Shown: positions 1-9,141 of the stretch, piece by piece | Layout: every line of letters begins with the position of its first letter | How positions within the stretch are numbered: position 1 is the stretch's first letter | Source of the DNA: Klebsormidium nitens | Lineage: Eukaryota; Plantae; Klebsormidiophyceae | Length of the DNA: 39,268 nucleotides | NCBI GenBank assembly: GCA_000708835.1 | Contig: DF237679.1 | Span: forward strand, 1 to 39,268 | Direction: 5' to 3' | The notes under the pieces: generated by a model | What the model saw: the letters and a program-made list of their open reading frames with translations, nothing else | Databases searched by the model: none | What the model was told of the DNA's origin: nothing | Program-made: the position numbers and the translations under genes

Positions 1-247
1 TCCAAAGTCGCCCCACGTGTACCGGTTTGGATATAGGCTCTGCAATGACTTATGGTCCAGGTACTGGCAGGCAACTTCGGTTCGATCGGCGACTGGGAAA
101 CCGCGCGCGCAGTGAACGCGAGCGGTATGAATGTGACCAGCGGTTATGGATGCACAGCTGAAGGCACGCAGCGTTGGGACGCCAGTGGACGAGTACGTGT
201 GGAAGAGATGCGGAGCGTAAGGTACGCTGTAGAGGGTTGGGTGGGTG

Positions 248-443
248 GGTTTCGTTTTTGCTGGCTGCTTCGAAAGGCGCCCCTGCGCGCTAAAAGCTCT
301 TCTTCTTCCTCCCAACTTATGAAGAGCTGAGTCTTCGCTTCTCTGCGGTCGAAATGGAGCTTCAATCCGACGCAGTTCGAATCGAGGAGCACCGTCGATT
401 TCAGTTCAAGTTTCGGTGACCAATGCGTGAGTATTCCTCTAAC
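248..443. repeat. Split direct repeat A2 (196 bp)
   Basis: GGTTTCGTTTTTGCTGG...GTATTCCTCTAAC, identical by eye to 7581-7776. Confidence 0.95.
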
Positions 444-564
444 TGTTTACAAAGGAACACTATCGACTAGATGTATCATCGAATCATCCTCCAGCCAATT
501 CATCCACAACCACAGTCGATCTTAATGTTGGGCGCGCCGGCCGCCGGCCGCTCCAAAGTCGCCC
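444..564. repeat. Probable repeat B1; partner B2 truncated by the window edge
   Basis: 552-564 TCCAAAGTCGCCC equals window bases 1-13; only these 13 nt of the partner are visible. Confidence 0.55.
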
Positions 565-600
565 AAAAAGGATTGCCCAAAGAATGTCGGGCAAACAGTT

Positions 601-1728
601 GTGGTTTGGCCGTGTAGGGAGTTGGACGAGTTTGCTAAGCGAACCTGGAAGAGAGCACGAGGTGTGATGGGGCCCAGCAACGTGACCAACGTATTGAATC
701 GTGAAGAGGTCACAATGTTCTATGAACGAGCTTTGGAAGAAGCTGGGGAGATTGCAAACCAAAGTACAAGCAAGGGTTTCGAAGATGGCCGAAGGAAGAC
801 TTGGTGGGAATTCAGCGAGTTTATGCAGCGAATGGGTAAACAAGCAGCTGATGCAACGGGCTTAGATGTAGTCGTGTTCATACACGGTGATTGGATACCT
901 CGTCATCGAGAGAAGTGTAGGACTGTGAGTCCTGATGACGGTCAGAAAGTGGCCTCCAGCTCAGCAGTGAAAGGGGTGATTACGCATCTCAGCAAGAATT
1001 TCGCCTTGCTAGGCCGGTCTGGTAACGAGAATCCTACGCAGTCCGAAGCTGTGCGGAGCTTTCATGACGGCTACAGAAACTGGTTGCACAGCAAAGGAGT
1101 ACGGGAGCGACGTGCAGTGGTCGTCTCAGAAGGGAAAGTTCAAGATCTGGTGGCTAGCATCGAATCCCAAATAGCTAGCAGTCACGGCGTCCAAGAATGT
1201 TGTTTGCTGGGTGATCTGACTGCGACTTTGTATCTTTGGGCATCCTGGGCGCGTGGCAAGGAGTGTGGCGATCTAGAACGACGACAAATCTCATTCGAAG
1301 AAGGACTTTCTCGGCCGGGCTGGAACAAGACGACTCGTTTCGAGCCGAGTGCAGAGATTTCGGTGGACAGCCAATTTCTAGAGGCTGCCGGCAGGCTCAT
1401 TCGCTCCTGTGAAGAGTACGGCGATCCAATTGGGCAGGGCTTCTTACTCCGGCCCTTGAACGAGCGGCGGAATGGCTTTAAGAAGGAAGCCATGAGCAGC
1501 GGCACCTTACGCCGGCGCATCCAGCAGCGGTTGAAGGACGCAAGCTTATTCGAGGGAGAAACGCTACATAGTTTCAGACGGTCGGCAGTACAACACGCCG
1601 CAGAGATAGAGGGGTACGATGTGGAAAAGCTCATGAAGAGGGGGCGGTGGTCATCATATGCAGCGTTCCGGCTATACATAGAAGAGATCGAGCACCGGTT
1701 TCCGAGGCGGAGAAGGATCGGACATTAG
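601..1728 (+). CDS. Tyrosine recombinase of the retroelement (start uncertain; first in-frame ATG at 667)
   Basis: Catalytic set R (SWARGKE), HxxR (LHSFRRS), W (GRWSS), Y (FRLYIE). Confidence 0.92.
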   Translation: MVWPCRELDEFAKRTWKRARGVMGPSNVTNVLNREEVTMFYERALEEAGEIANQSTSKGFEDGRRKTWWEFSEFMQRMGKQAADATGLDVVVFIHGDWIPRHREKCRTVSPDDGQKVASSSAVKGVITHLSKNFALLGRSGNENPTQSEAVRSFHDGYRNWLHSKGVRERRAVVVSEGKVQDLVASIESQIASSHGVQECCLLGDLTATLYLWASWARGKECGDLERRQISFEEGLSRPGWNKTTRFEPSAEISVDSQFLEAAGRLIRSCEEYGDPIGQGFLLRPLNERRNGFKKEAMSSGTLRRRIQQRLKDASLFEGETLHSFRRSAVQHAAEIEGYDVEKLMKRGRWSSYAAFRLYIEEIEHRFPRRRRIGH

Positions 1729-1916
1729 TCAGACAGCATCCTGAGACCGATAGTATGTTCAAATACATATGCGTACGGTACACGAAGGATTCAGTGATTA
1801 CAGTATGCGGATTCAATGTTGTGATGGATCACAAGATTATTAGAACCTACTATCTTCATTGTCATACAATCTGTTCCAATTCCAATTCTAACTAAAAATT
1901 CTTATGTATGAACATG

Positions 1917-4460
1917 TTAAGTCTTGTGCCATTGGATGCTGTAAACTGCCAAGCCTAAGAAAGCAGGATTAAGTGTTCCGTTAGGAACTCTGAGGCTTGG
2001 TAAGCAGCTGGCCGCTGATTTCGGAATCAGTATCGGCCCTTCCACTCGAGCTCCTTGTAGTCTCCCCAACACTATGTCTACCATTGATCCTTTTGGTGCC
2101 GGGACACAGACGAGTGCGTTAACCTTGAAGAGCTCTAGTCTTTTCAGGGCTTGAATCGCGAGGCCTGGCGGCGGGAAGGCCCAGGCCCACTCCCTTGGTT
2201 CGACGATCTCGTTCCAGTCTTGTGCATTGGCATGAACCGCCGTACACCCGGGACAGTAGTATTTGGTCACGAATCGCTTGGCTTTATGAAACTGACCCGA
2301 TGCGTACAGATCTATGTCAGGTTCGACTCCGAAAGTCTGCTTCACTAGTTGGAAGATTGGTTCCGTTAACGTCCAATCTCCTGGGTCTGGTTTGCGGGAG
2401 AGCGCGTCCGCCTGGGTTAATTCATTCCTCGGAACCCATCTCGCCCGGACGTCAAAGTCTCCTTCTGCGGCCGCCTCTAATAGCACTTTCAGGTTGGAGA
2501 CGATGAAAGGTTTGGAACTTCTGAACCCGTTGATGGCCCCGACCGCAGCTTGGTTATCCCCGGTTACCAGGATCGAAGTTCCTTTAACCTCTTCCGCTCT
2601 GTTTTCAGCAACCGTTTTGATGGCCTCCACGTATCCCATGATTTCTCGTTCTGTGCTAGAAGTTTTTGCTTGGTCAGCGGTGAACGTTCCAGCTATTGTG
2701 AGCCGCTCCCTTGATGGAGTTTCTGCATAACCCCCAAAACCGACCGCCGACGCGTCAACACAGATACGGATTTGAACCGGCCTAGGCCACCATCTTCTGC
2801 CATTGAACCGCTCTATGTTTTGCACCCAGAACGAGGCGGTCTCCTTCACGATCTCTGGCGTTGGGAAGTGCGAATCCCATCCTTCCTTTCCATTCAAAGC
2901 TTCGTAAAGCGCTCTGCTGTAGATCGCGACCGGCAAGACTGCCGGCGCCGCTGAGACCAAGATTCCTGCCGCTCTGGCTATAGCTCGGGACGTCGTGCTC
3001 GTTGAGGTTATCAATTCTTCCATGGCGTCCTTTATCTTCTGGATCTTCTTCGGGTGAAGCCTAAACTCTGTCAGGTTCGTGTCTACTATGAACCCGAGCC
3101 ACTTTGCCATCTGATCAGGTACCAGCTGACACTTTGGCAAACCGAAGAAAGCCCCCAGTGCTCCCATCAGCAGGACGGAGATGAGTATCTGTCTCTGCGC
3201 TCTAGCTTTGGACCTTGCTGCTGTGAATGAGTCGTCTATATACCCGAGACCGGTATTCTGCTTTTCCGGAGTTCCAACAACGGCTCTTGCATCACCTTTG
3301 TGAAGACGTAACAGGCTTGAGCGAAACCGAAACACAAAACTTTGTAGCAGAAGGTAACTCCCCCGACCTTGAAAGCGAAATACTTCCAATAGGCGGGATG
3401 GACCGGCACGTGAAAGTAGCCGGATTTCAGATCTGCAGTGCTGACGTAGCTCCCTTGGTCGGTGAAATTCAGAACGTCTCGAAGTTTCTCGTATTGGAAC
3501 GGGATGGAAGTCAGGAATAGATTCAGGTAGCGATCGTTGCATATCAGTCGGAGCTTCCCGGCTGAATCGACTACTCCCATTGGGCTCACTACCTCGGGTT
3601 CTCCCCACTCTCGTTTCCAGACTGCGATCGCTCCCGACCTGAGGTTCTTTTCGATCTCCCCCTTTGAGAATTCCCACTCACGGTAGAAGGAGGCATGGTT
3701 TGGGAATTCGATCCGGTGCGGTTTTCTTCCGGTTAGAAATTCGTGTAGATGCTCCGCCCCAATCAGCCTTCTGAGCATTTCTTCAACCACCTTCCGTTTT
3801 TCTGGTTTCGCTTTCGACACACCGCTAAACCTGGGCCTAAACCCATGTTTTAACCACCCCAAGACCATCCTCGCTGACTTTCTGCCCGTCTTTCTCAGTA
3901 ACTCGTCCCAGGCGGGCCAGAACGTTTGAAAACTTGCAGCTTCAAAGGCTTCATGGTTTGGGATCTTCTCCGGGAGATTCTTCAGTAATTCTTCTGTTTG
4001 GGTTTCTAATTCGGCGTCAGGATCATCCGGCTTAGACTGCATCACTTCCAGGAGTTCTTTGATTCTGTCTCGTTGATCTTGAGGATTGGGCGCGGAGCTT
4101 ACTCGTGTTTGGATCCGGATAGCCGTCTGGACCCAGCTGCGCACATGCTCCGGTTCCGTCTTCGTCCCGGTCAGCGGGTCCTGGCTCGTCTCTATCAGAT
4201 CTTCATCGTGTGCACCGTCTGGTTCTTCCGCCCCCGGATTTTCGTCATCCTCTTCTTCATCTGACTCAGACTTTTGTCCCGCTTCTAGTTTTCCACTCTT
4301 ACCCCTCTCCAATTCGCCCGTCTGTCTATCTGTCCGATAGTCCTTTTCCCGTTCTACTTCCGTTCCTTTCACCGACTCTAGGCCTATCTTCACCGTTTCC
4401 TTTTGCTCTGTTCTCTGCTCCTGTCTCTGTGGTTCATTTCTACTGTCTCTCTCCTTCTTT
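1917..4460 (-). CDS. pol: reverse transcriptase + RNase H + DIRS-type adenine methyltransferase-like domain, with a -1 frameshift at about 3243-3245
   Basis: RT motifs VVSPMGVV, KLRLICND, ADLKSGYFHV, VLCFGFAQA, then YIDD (3231-3242) in the next frame; RNase H ICVDAS, STEREIMG, VTGDN, ADALSR; MT DIDLYAS...WAFPPP. Frame is open back to a splice acceptor TTCTTTTGACAG ending at 4461. Confidence 0.9.
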
Positions 4461-4957
4461 CTGTCAAAAGAATAGATTATCTTATTTTAGATCCTATGAA
4501 TGCTTAAAGTTACTCAAACTACCACATTAAAATTCTGTCCTTTAAAACTTATGCACACTGGTCATGCGTTCCGCTAATAATCCATGTCTTTAACAGTTAT
4601 TCAGAGCATGAGCATGAAACTTCTTAGAACCTTCAATCATTCTAACACAGAATTCACGTTTTGGCAATCGACAAGATATTTAACGGTTATTTACAATTGC
4701 TCAAGAGAGTATGTACATGTATCTTTTCGTCATGTCCAGCCAGCGTCAGGTTACACCCAAAGGTCCCGACATCCAATCTACTTTCTACAAAAGTCTCGTC
4801 TTCGTATCTTCTAATTTTTCTAAACTCTTACTTCTTTCTGTTCCCTTCACTCTTATCTATTATGAAGAACTTTACTTAGCCTCTGTGTTCTTTCTACTTC
4901 CAGAAAAGAGCTATCAAACTTTGGCTCCAAAGTTTTCAGATCGCAATCGGCTCTTAC

Positions 4958-5089
4958 TCCTTCATTCTGGGGACAAACGGCGACTCCATCCTTGGTCCTG
5001 CGAACCTAGGTGGGAATCCGGCCCCGAACCCTCTGCCATACTGCGGCCTCCAGCCCCCCCTGCCAGCAGGCATCTGCATCAGGCCCATC
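4958..5089 (-). CDS. Predicted 132-nt internal exon linking gag to pol (MGLMQMPAGRGGWRPQYGRGFGAGFPPRFAGPRMESPFVPRMK)
   Basis: Acceptor TTATTTGCAG (ends 5090), donor GA|GTAAGA (4957); phase 2-2, no stops, frame matches both flanking exons. Confidence 0.6.
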
Positions 5090-5485
5090 CTGCAAATAAT
5101 TTCCACTGCCTGTGAGTTTATCAATTCCTTCGTTTTAAAACATTCTTCAATCTCCCAGTCGTTTCGTTAAGTCTTATCACTCGGTTAAAAATTCCGCTTC
5201 TCAGAAGTTTCATCCTTGTTTCGAATCAGCTTCTGGTTTGTGCTTTTACTCTAACCTCCTTCTGGGCTCTCTCGGCCCTTTCGCATGAGAGCAAGCTTCT
5301 TCGCTTGTCCAATTCGCCCTCTTGGCTTTTGACTAATCTACTGGAGCTCTCTTGGCTCTGGGCCACATGCCCCTTTTTTCAACTTTACTCCTGGCAAAGC
5401 GCCTTCCCTTCTTTCTCTAGTTCTGTTTCTCATAACTTCGTTTTATCAATTCTTCAGATTCTAACCTAGTCGCTTGGACACCTAC

Positions 5486-6737
5486 CTGTCCTTCTTGTTC
5501 GCCCATTCCGGATGCTTTGCCAGCACGTCCTTCTCTTTCACTCTCTTCTCCTGGAAGAACTCCATTATCTCCCTTTCCACCTTTTCTTCCTGTTCTTCCG
5601 TTGCTGACTCCCCCAGGACCTTAGCCTTACGTTGCGCGAATGCAGTCAAGTCTTCCCCGAGATACGACCCCACCTTGACTGACTCTGCTTTCAGGACCGT
5701 GCTAAGGTACCCTGCCAACGAAAGGGGCTGCTTCTGGGGCTTTGGTGCGGAATAGACCATCATCATTGCTTCTGCCTGGGCGAATAGCCCAGGCTCTGTG
5801 ACTGGATTGATCAGAGCTCCGAAGAGCCTCATTTGCGTTTGCATCGCGAGCTTGTTCTCGCGAACCTTTCCCTGCCGTTCCAGCTCAGCCAGCCTCGCTT
5901 CTATCTCTGTTGGTTGCTGCCCGACCTTATTTGCCCAAAAGTTACGTTCTGCATGTTCACAGGTGGGGGACCCATGAAACCGGGAGGAGCAAAAGGTGTG
6001 GCCTGAGGGATCCCTTCCTGCCCCACCCCCCCCGGTTGGCCCATCCCCTGCGGCTGGAACCTAGGCATGAATCCCGTCTGATTGTGTAGAGGTGGAGGCA
6101 TCGGGGGAAAACCCGGAACAAAGTTCCTTGGCATCTGCTGGGGAGTGAAAACCCCCACCGGCCTGTTCCCGGGCCATTCCGGGTGCCTTCTCCTACCCCC
6201 GTCGAAGAAAATTGGGGACCGTTCTCTGACTAAGCCTTCTTCTGGCTCTTTGTCCCAATCTCCCCCGAAGTCATCTGCAGGTGTCCTGAACCTCTGCGGC
6301 TCGCGCTCTCCAAAAGCCCTAGTGCCGGGCCTGCTCTGAGACCTGCCCCTGTCTTCTCTGCCTTTCGACCTGATTTCATTTTCCAGCTCCAGGTCTTCTT
6401 GCCCTCTCCCCGCTCTAGTTCTGCCCTGCTGGAGGAAAGGTTCGTCTTGCATACCATTTGCCCTGAGCAGCTGGATTAAGGGGTCTCCCTCCCTTCTGGA
6501 TCCTGCTCCAATCGATAACTCCTCAACCGGAACATCTGTGTACTTCTCCCCCGATTCTGCTTGGACCTCAAACTTCCCCGTGCTCTGGGATATGCTGATC
6601 ACTTTGACGAAGACTCTGGCGAGATCCCCTGATGGCCTGAATTTAAACCTGAGCCCTACGAAACTCTGCAGTCCAGCTAACTTGCTCAGATTTTCCACTA
6701 TCCTCCTCTCCTCTTCTACTCCCCTAGACTTATTCAT
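5486..6737 (-). CDS. gag-like region (Pro/Gly/Gln-rich plus coiled-coil) in two overlapping frames
   Basis: ORF 5901-6737 overlaps the -1 frame FWANKVGQQPTEIEARLAELERQGK...ANKKD, which ends at donor AG|GTAGGT (5485). Assigned by position; no recognisable motif. Confidence 0.6.
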
Positions 6738-6770
6738 CTCGCCGACCGGGTTCTATTCGCGAACTCAATT

Positions 6771-7556
6771 TCAGGAGCTGGCACTGTCAGACTGGCTCTT
6801 CTTCGCATTTCCCGGTTCCGACTCTTGGAAGACAATCGCTTCAGTTGCCTGATCGACAAACGAGACGGCGAGGCCCCTGAGCTGCCTGATGGAGAACCCC
6901 GAGCTCTCTGCCAGCACCTTCCAGTTGACTACTGCCTCGTAGTTCACTTGTTGCAACGTCCTTATCAGGTCGTGATCTTCTGCGGTGAGTCCGATTGCTT
7001 CTGAAGGTGCATCCCTCTTATCCACGAAACACTGCACTTTCGGAAGCCCTTCTCCTGAGATGTCTGCAGCCTTTCTCTTGAGCTTGAGATTCTCCGTCGC
7101 CAGCAGCTTCGCCAATTCTTCTGCCTTGTTTGCTCTCTGTTCTGCGAGTTCTGCCCTTTGCTCTGCTAAAGTTCTCGCGAGTCGATCTTTGAGCAGTTCC
7201 GAGATGTCTTGCACTTCCCCGATGACGTCGTACAGCTGTCCAAACTTCAGGAGTGACTCCAGGAAAAGATAGTCTGTGAATTTCGCTTTGTTCGTGCATG
7301 CATCTGCTGCGTATATTGCTGACTTGAGTCCCCTTCCGAACGTCGTCAGGAACTGCTCCGAATAGTATCTCTTGCCCACACACAGGAAAACTTGCTTCGG
7401 GAGCCACGAACTGAATTCTTGTCCGCTGTCCAATGCAGACTGATCCTTTCCTTGGTACGCCAGTCTCAGCGCGTCAAACGATGGAATATTCAGTGCCGCA
7501 GCCGGTACCCTGTGGCCCCCTGCCACTACGGCCCATTCCTGTGAGTTCATGCACAC
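6771..7556 (-). CDS. ORF1 of the retroelement (coiled-coil, function unknown)
   Basis: 261-aa ATG ORF starting 25 nt inside repeat A1; heptad-like LAEQRAELAEQRANKAEELAKLL. Confidence 0.65.
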   Translation of the reverse strand: MCMNSQEWAVVAGGHRVPAAALNIPSFDALRLAYQGKDQSALDSGQEFSSWLPKQVFLCVGKRYYSEQFLTTFGRGLKSAIYAADACTNKAKFTDYLFLESLLKFGQLYDVIGEVQDISELLKDRLARTLAEQRAELAEQRANKAEELAKLLATENLKLKRKAADISGEGLPKVQCFVDKRDAPSEAIGLTAEDHDLIRTLQQVNYEAVVNWKVLAESSGFSIRQLRGLAVSFVDQATEAIVFQESEPGNAKKSQSDSASS

Positions 7557-7580
7557 TATCTATACAATGCTGCCCAAATC

Positions 7581-7776
7581 GGTTTCGTTTTTGCTGGCTG
7601 CTTCGAAAGGCGCCCCTGCGCGCTAAAAGCTCTTCTTCTTCCTCCCAACTTATGAAGAGCTGAGTCTTCGCTTCTCTGCGGTCGAAATGGAGCTTCAATC
7701 CGACGCAGTTCGAATCGAGGAGCACCGTCGATTTCAGTTCAAGTTTCGGTGACCAATGCGTGAGTATTCCTCTAAC
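7581..7776. repeat. Split direct repeat A1 (196 bp), 5' terminus of the element
   Basis: Identical to 248-443; begins with GTT on the minus strand. Confidence 0.95.
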
Positions 7777-7968
7777 CAGGATTGTGTTCACCGGTACCTT
7801 CTAGAATCTACGGTATACCGTACATCATTATCATATCACAAGCCGTGACTCCGCCCGTGAGCTAGAGTCTCCTGCGGGCCTGCCACGTTCTTCGGCCTGC
7901 GGCCTGCCTACCCGAATCGGCCTGCAAGCTTCTAAGTTCTGGAGTCCTGATGGTCTCCTTTCAAACTT

Positions 7969-8058
7969 TACGCCGTAGCCAGTTCGGCCACAGGGGTCCT
8001 GACTCCTGACTCCTGACTCATTTCAATTATCCAAATACGCCGTAGCCAGTTCGGCCAC
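7969..8058. repeat. 23-bp direct repeat pair with an internal (CCTGACT)3 run
   Basis: TACGCCGTAGCCAGTTCGGCCAC at 7969-7991 and 8036-8058. Confidence 0.85.
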
Positions 8059-9141
8059 TAAGGCTTCTCATCCCCTTCTCATGGCACACAAATGTTGACT
8101 GAGTGCGTAAATCTTTTCCAGTGTAGTTCGCCATACACTACCCTATCAACTTTACCCGGCAAAGCCTTATCCACGACTTATCCACAGCCTGGTCAAGTTG
8201 AGAACAACTATAAGAGGATAAGAGGAGTATAAGTACGGCTGGTGGTAAATTCCAGAAACTTCGTTGAGAAGCATTGCAATCAGGACTTGGAGTGTTCGTG
8301 CGGTGTACTACGGACCTCTTAGGGTAGGTAGGCATAGGCTAGCCATTGGAAAGCAGTTGAGGAAAGACACACACTCATACATGTATGCCATGAGAAGCCT
8401 ATGCCCTGTTTGGCTTCGGCGAGAACAAAAAGAGACCATATTGTATGAGTCGGTTCGATGTCGGACCGGTTTTTGCGTCAAACGCTCAAACCTGGCCTGC
8501 TGCCAATGCGTTTCGATCGCACCGCTTAAACCTTTCAACCGTCCGATCGTCGTCAATGGAAGGCGACCCACGCTCGGCGAAGTCGAAACCTGATGGCAAA
8601 AGTTAGTGACCCAAACGGCTGTACCAAACGACGATACATGCAGGATCCAGTTAAACCACAGTGCTTTCGGTGCTTGTAAGTTGTCGAGACTATACTTTGA
8701 TTCACATGCAAGTTGGCGGTTTTGATTAAAATCAATCAAGGGTAGCGCACCCGGTGCCAAGGGAATCGCGCCCGGACACTATATATTTTCTCGTTACACA
8801 CGCCAGTGGTGGCCAGTCCGACCTAGTTGCGGTGCACGACTTAGATTGCAGGCTCACAAAGATTTCGTGTCTGTCCAAGCAAAAGACTTTCGAGCACAGA
8901 ATGGTGAAAAGTTCTACCTTCCGCAAAAGTATTTTCTCATGTACAACCTAAACAGGTATGGTCTATCTTGTTGAAAACAGAAGAAACCTTTGACTAACAG
9001 GGATGTGAAACCGTCGTGCGTGAATTTTATGGATGCTTGCGTCTTCAGATGAGGATCATTAGATTTAGCCGTAATCAAAGGACCAGTCCTCTGATAGACA
9101 GTCACGGACATCACGTAGAAGCTCGAGCACGAGACCATATA

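Larger units (their letters stand above)
1..7776 (-). mobile_element. Tyrosine-recombinase retrotransposon (DIRS order, PAT/TOC/kangaroo-like) with split direct repeats; 3' end runs off the window start
   Basis: Gag-like ORFs, RT (YIDD), RNase H and MT domain on minus; tyrosine recombinase on plus; identical 196-bp direct repeats at 248-443 and 7581-7776; no integrase. Confidence 0.93.

Noticed and set aside
1182-1679. 165-aa antisense ORF over the recombinase, and similar shadow ORFs over pol, MRS2, PAN and F-box exons
   Set aside because: Expected from GC-rich coding sequence; no motifs of their own.
601-1728. Phage/integron-type integrase or Crypton
   Set aside because: It lies between the direct repeats together with RT-RH-MT, so it belongs to the retroelement.
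4711-5115. 134-aa plus-strand ORF in the gag-pol spacer
   Set aside because: F/L/S-rich translation of a pyrimidine-rich strand; the minus-strand exon/intron model explains the region better.
7969-8058. Repeat-spacer-repeat resembling a mini CRISPR array
   Set aside because: Only two units, the spacer is itself repetitive, there are no cas genes and the context is eukaryotic; a degenerate tandem duplication explains it.
8168-8186. Two DnaA-box-like motifs (TTATCCACG, TTATCCACA)
   Set aside because: Eukaryotic nuclear context with no other oriC features; likely chance or a small duplication.
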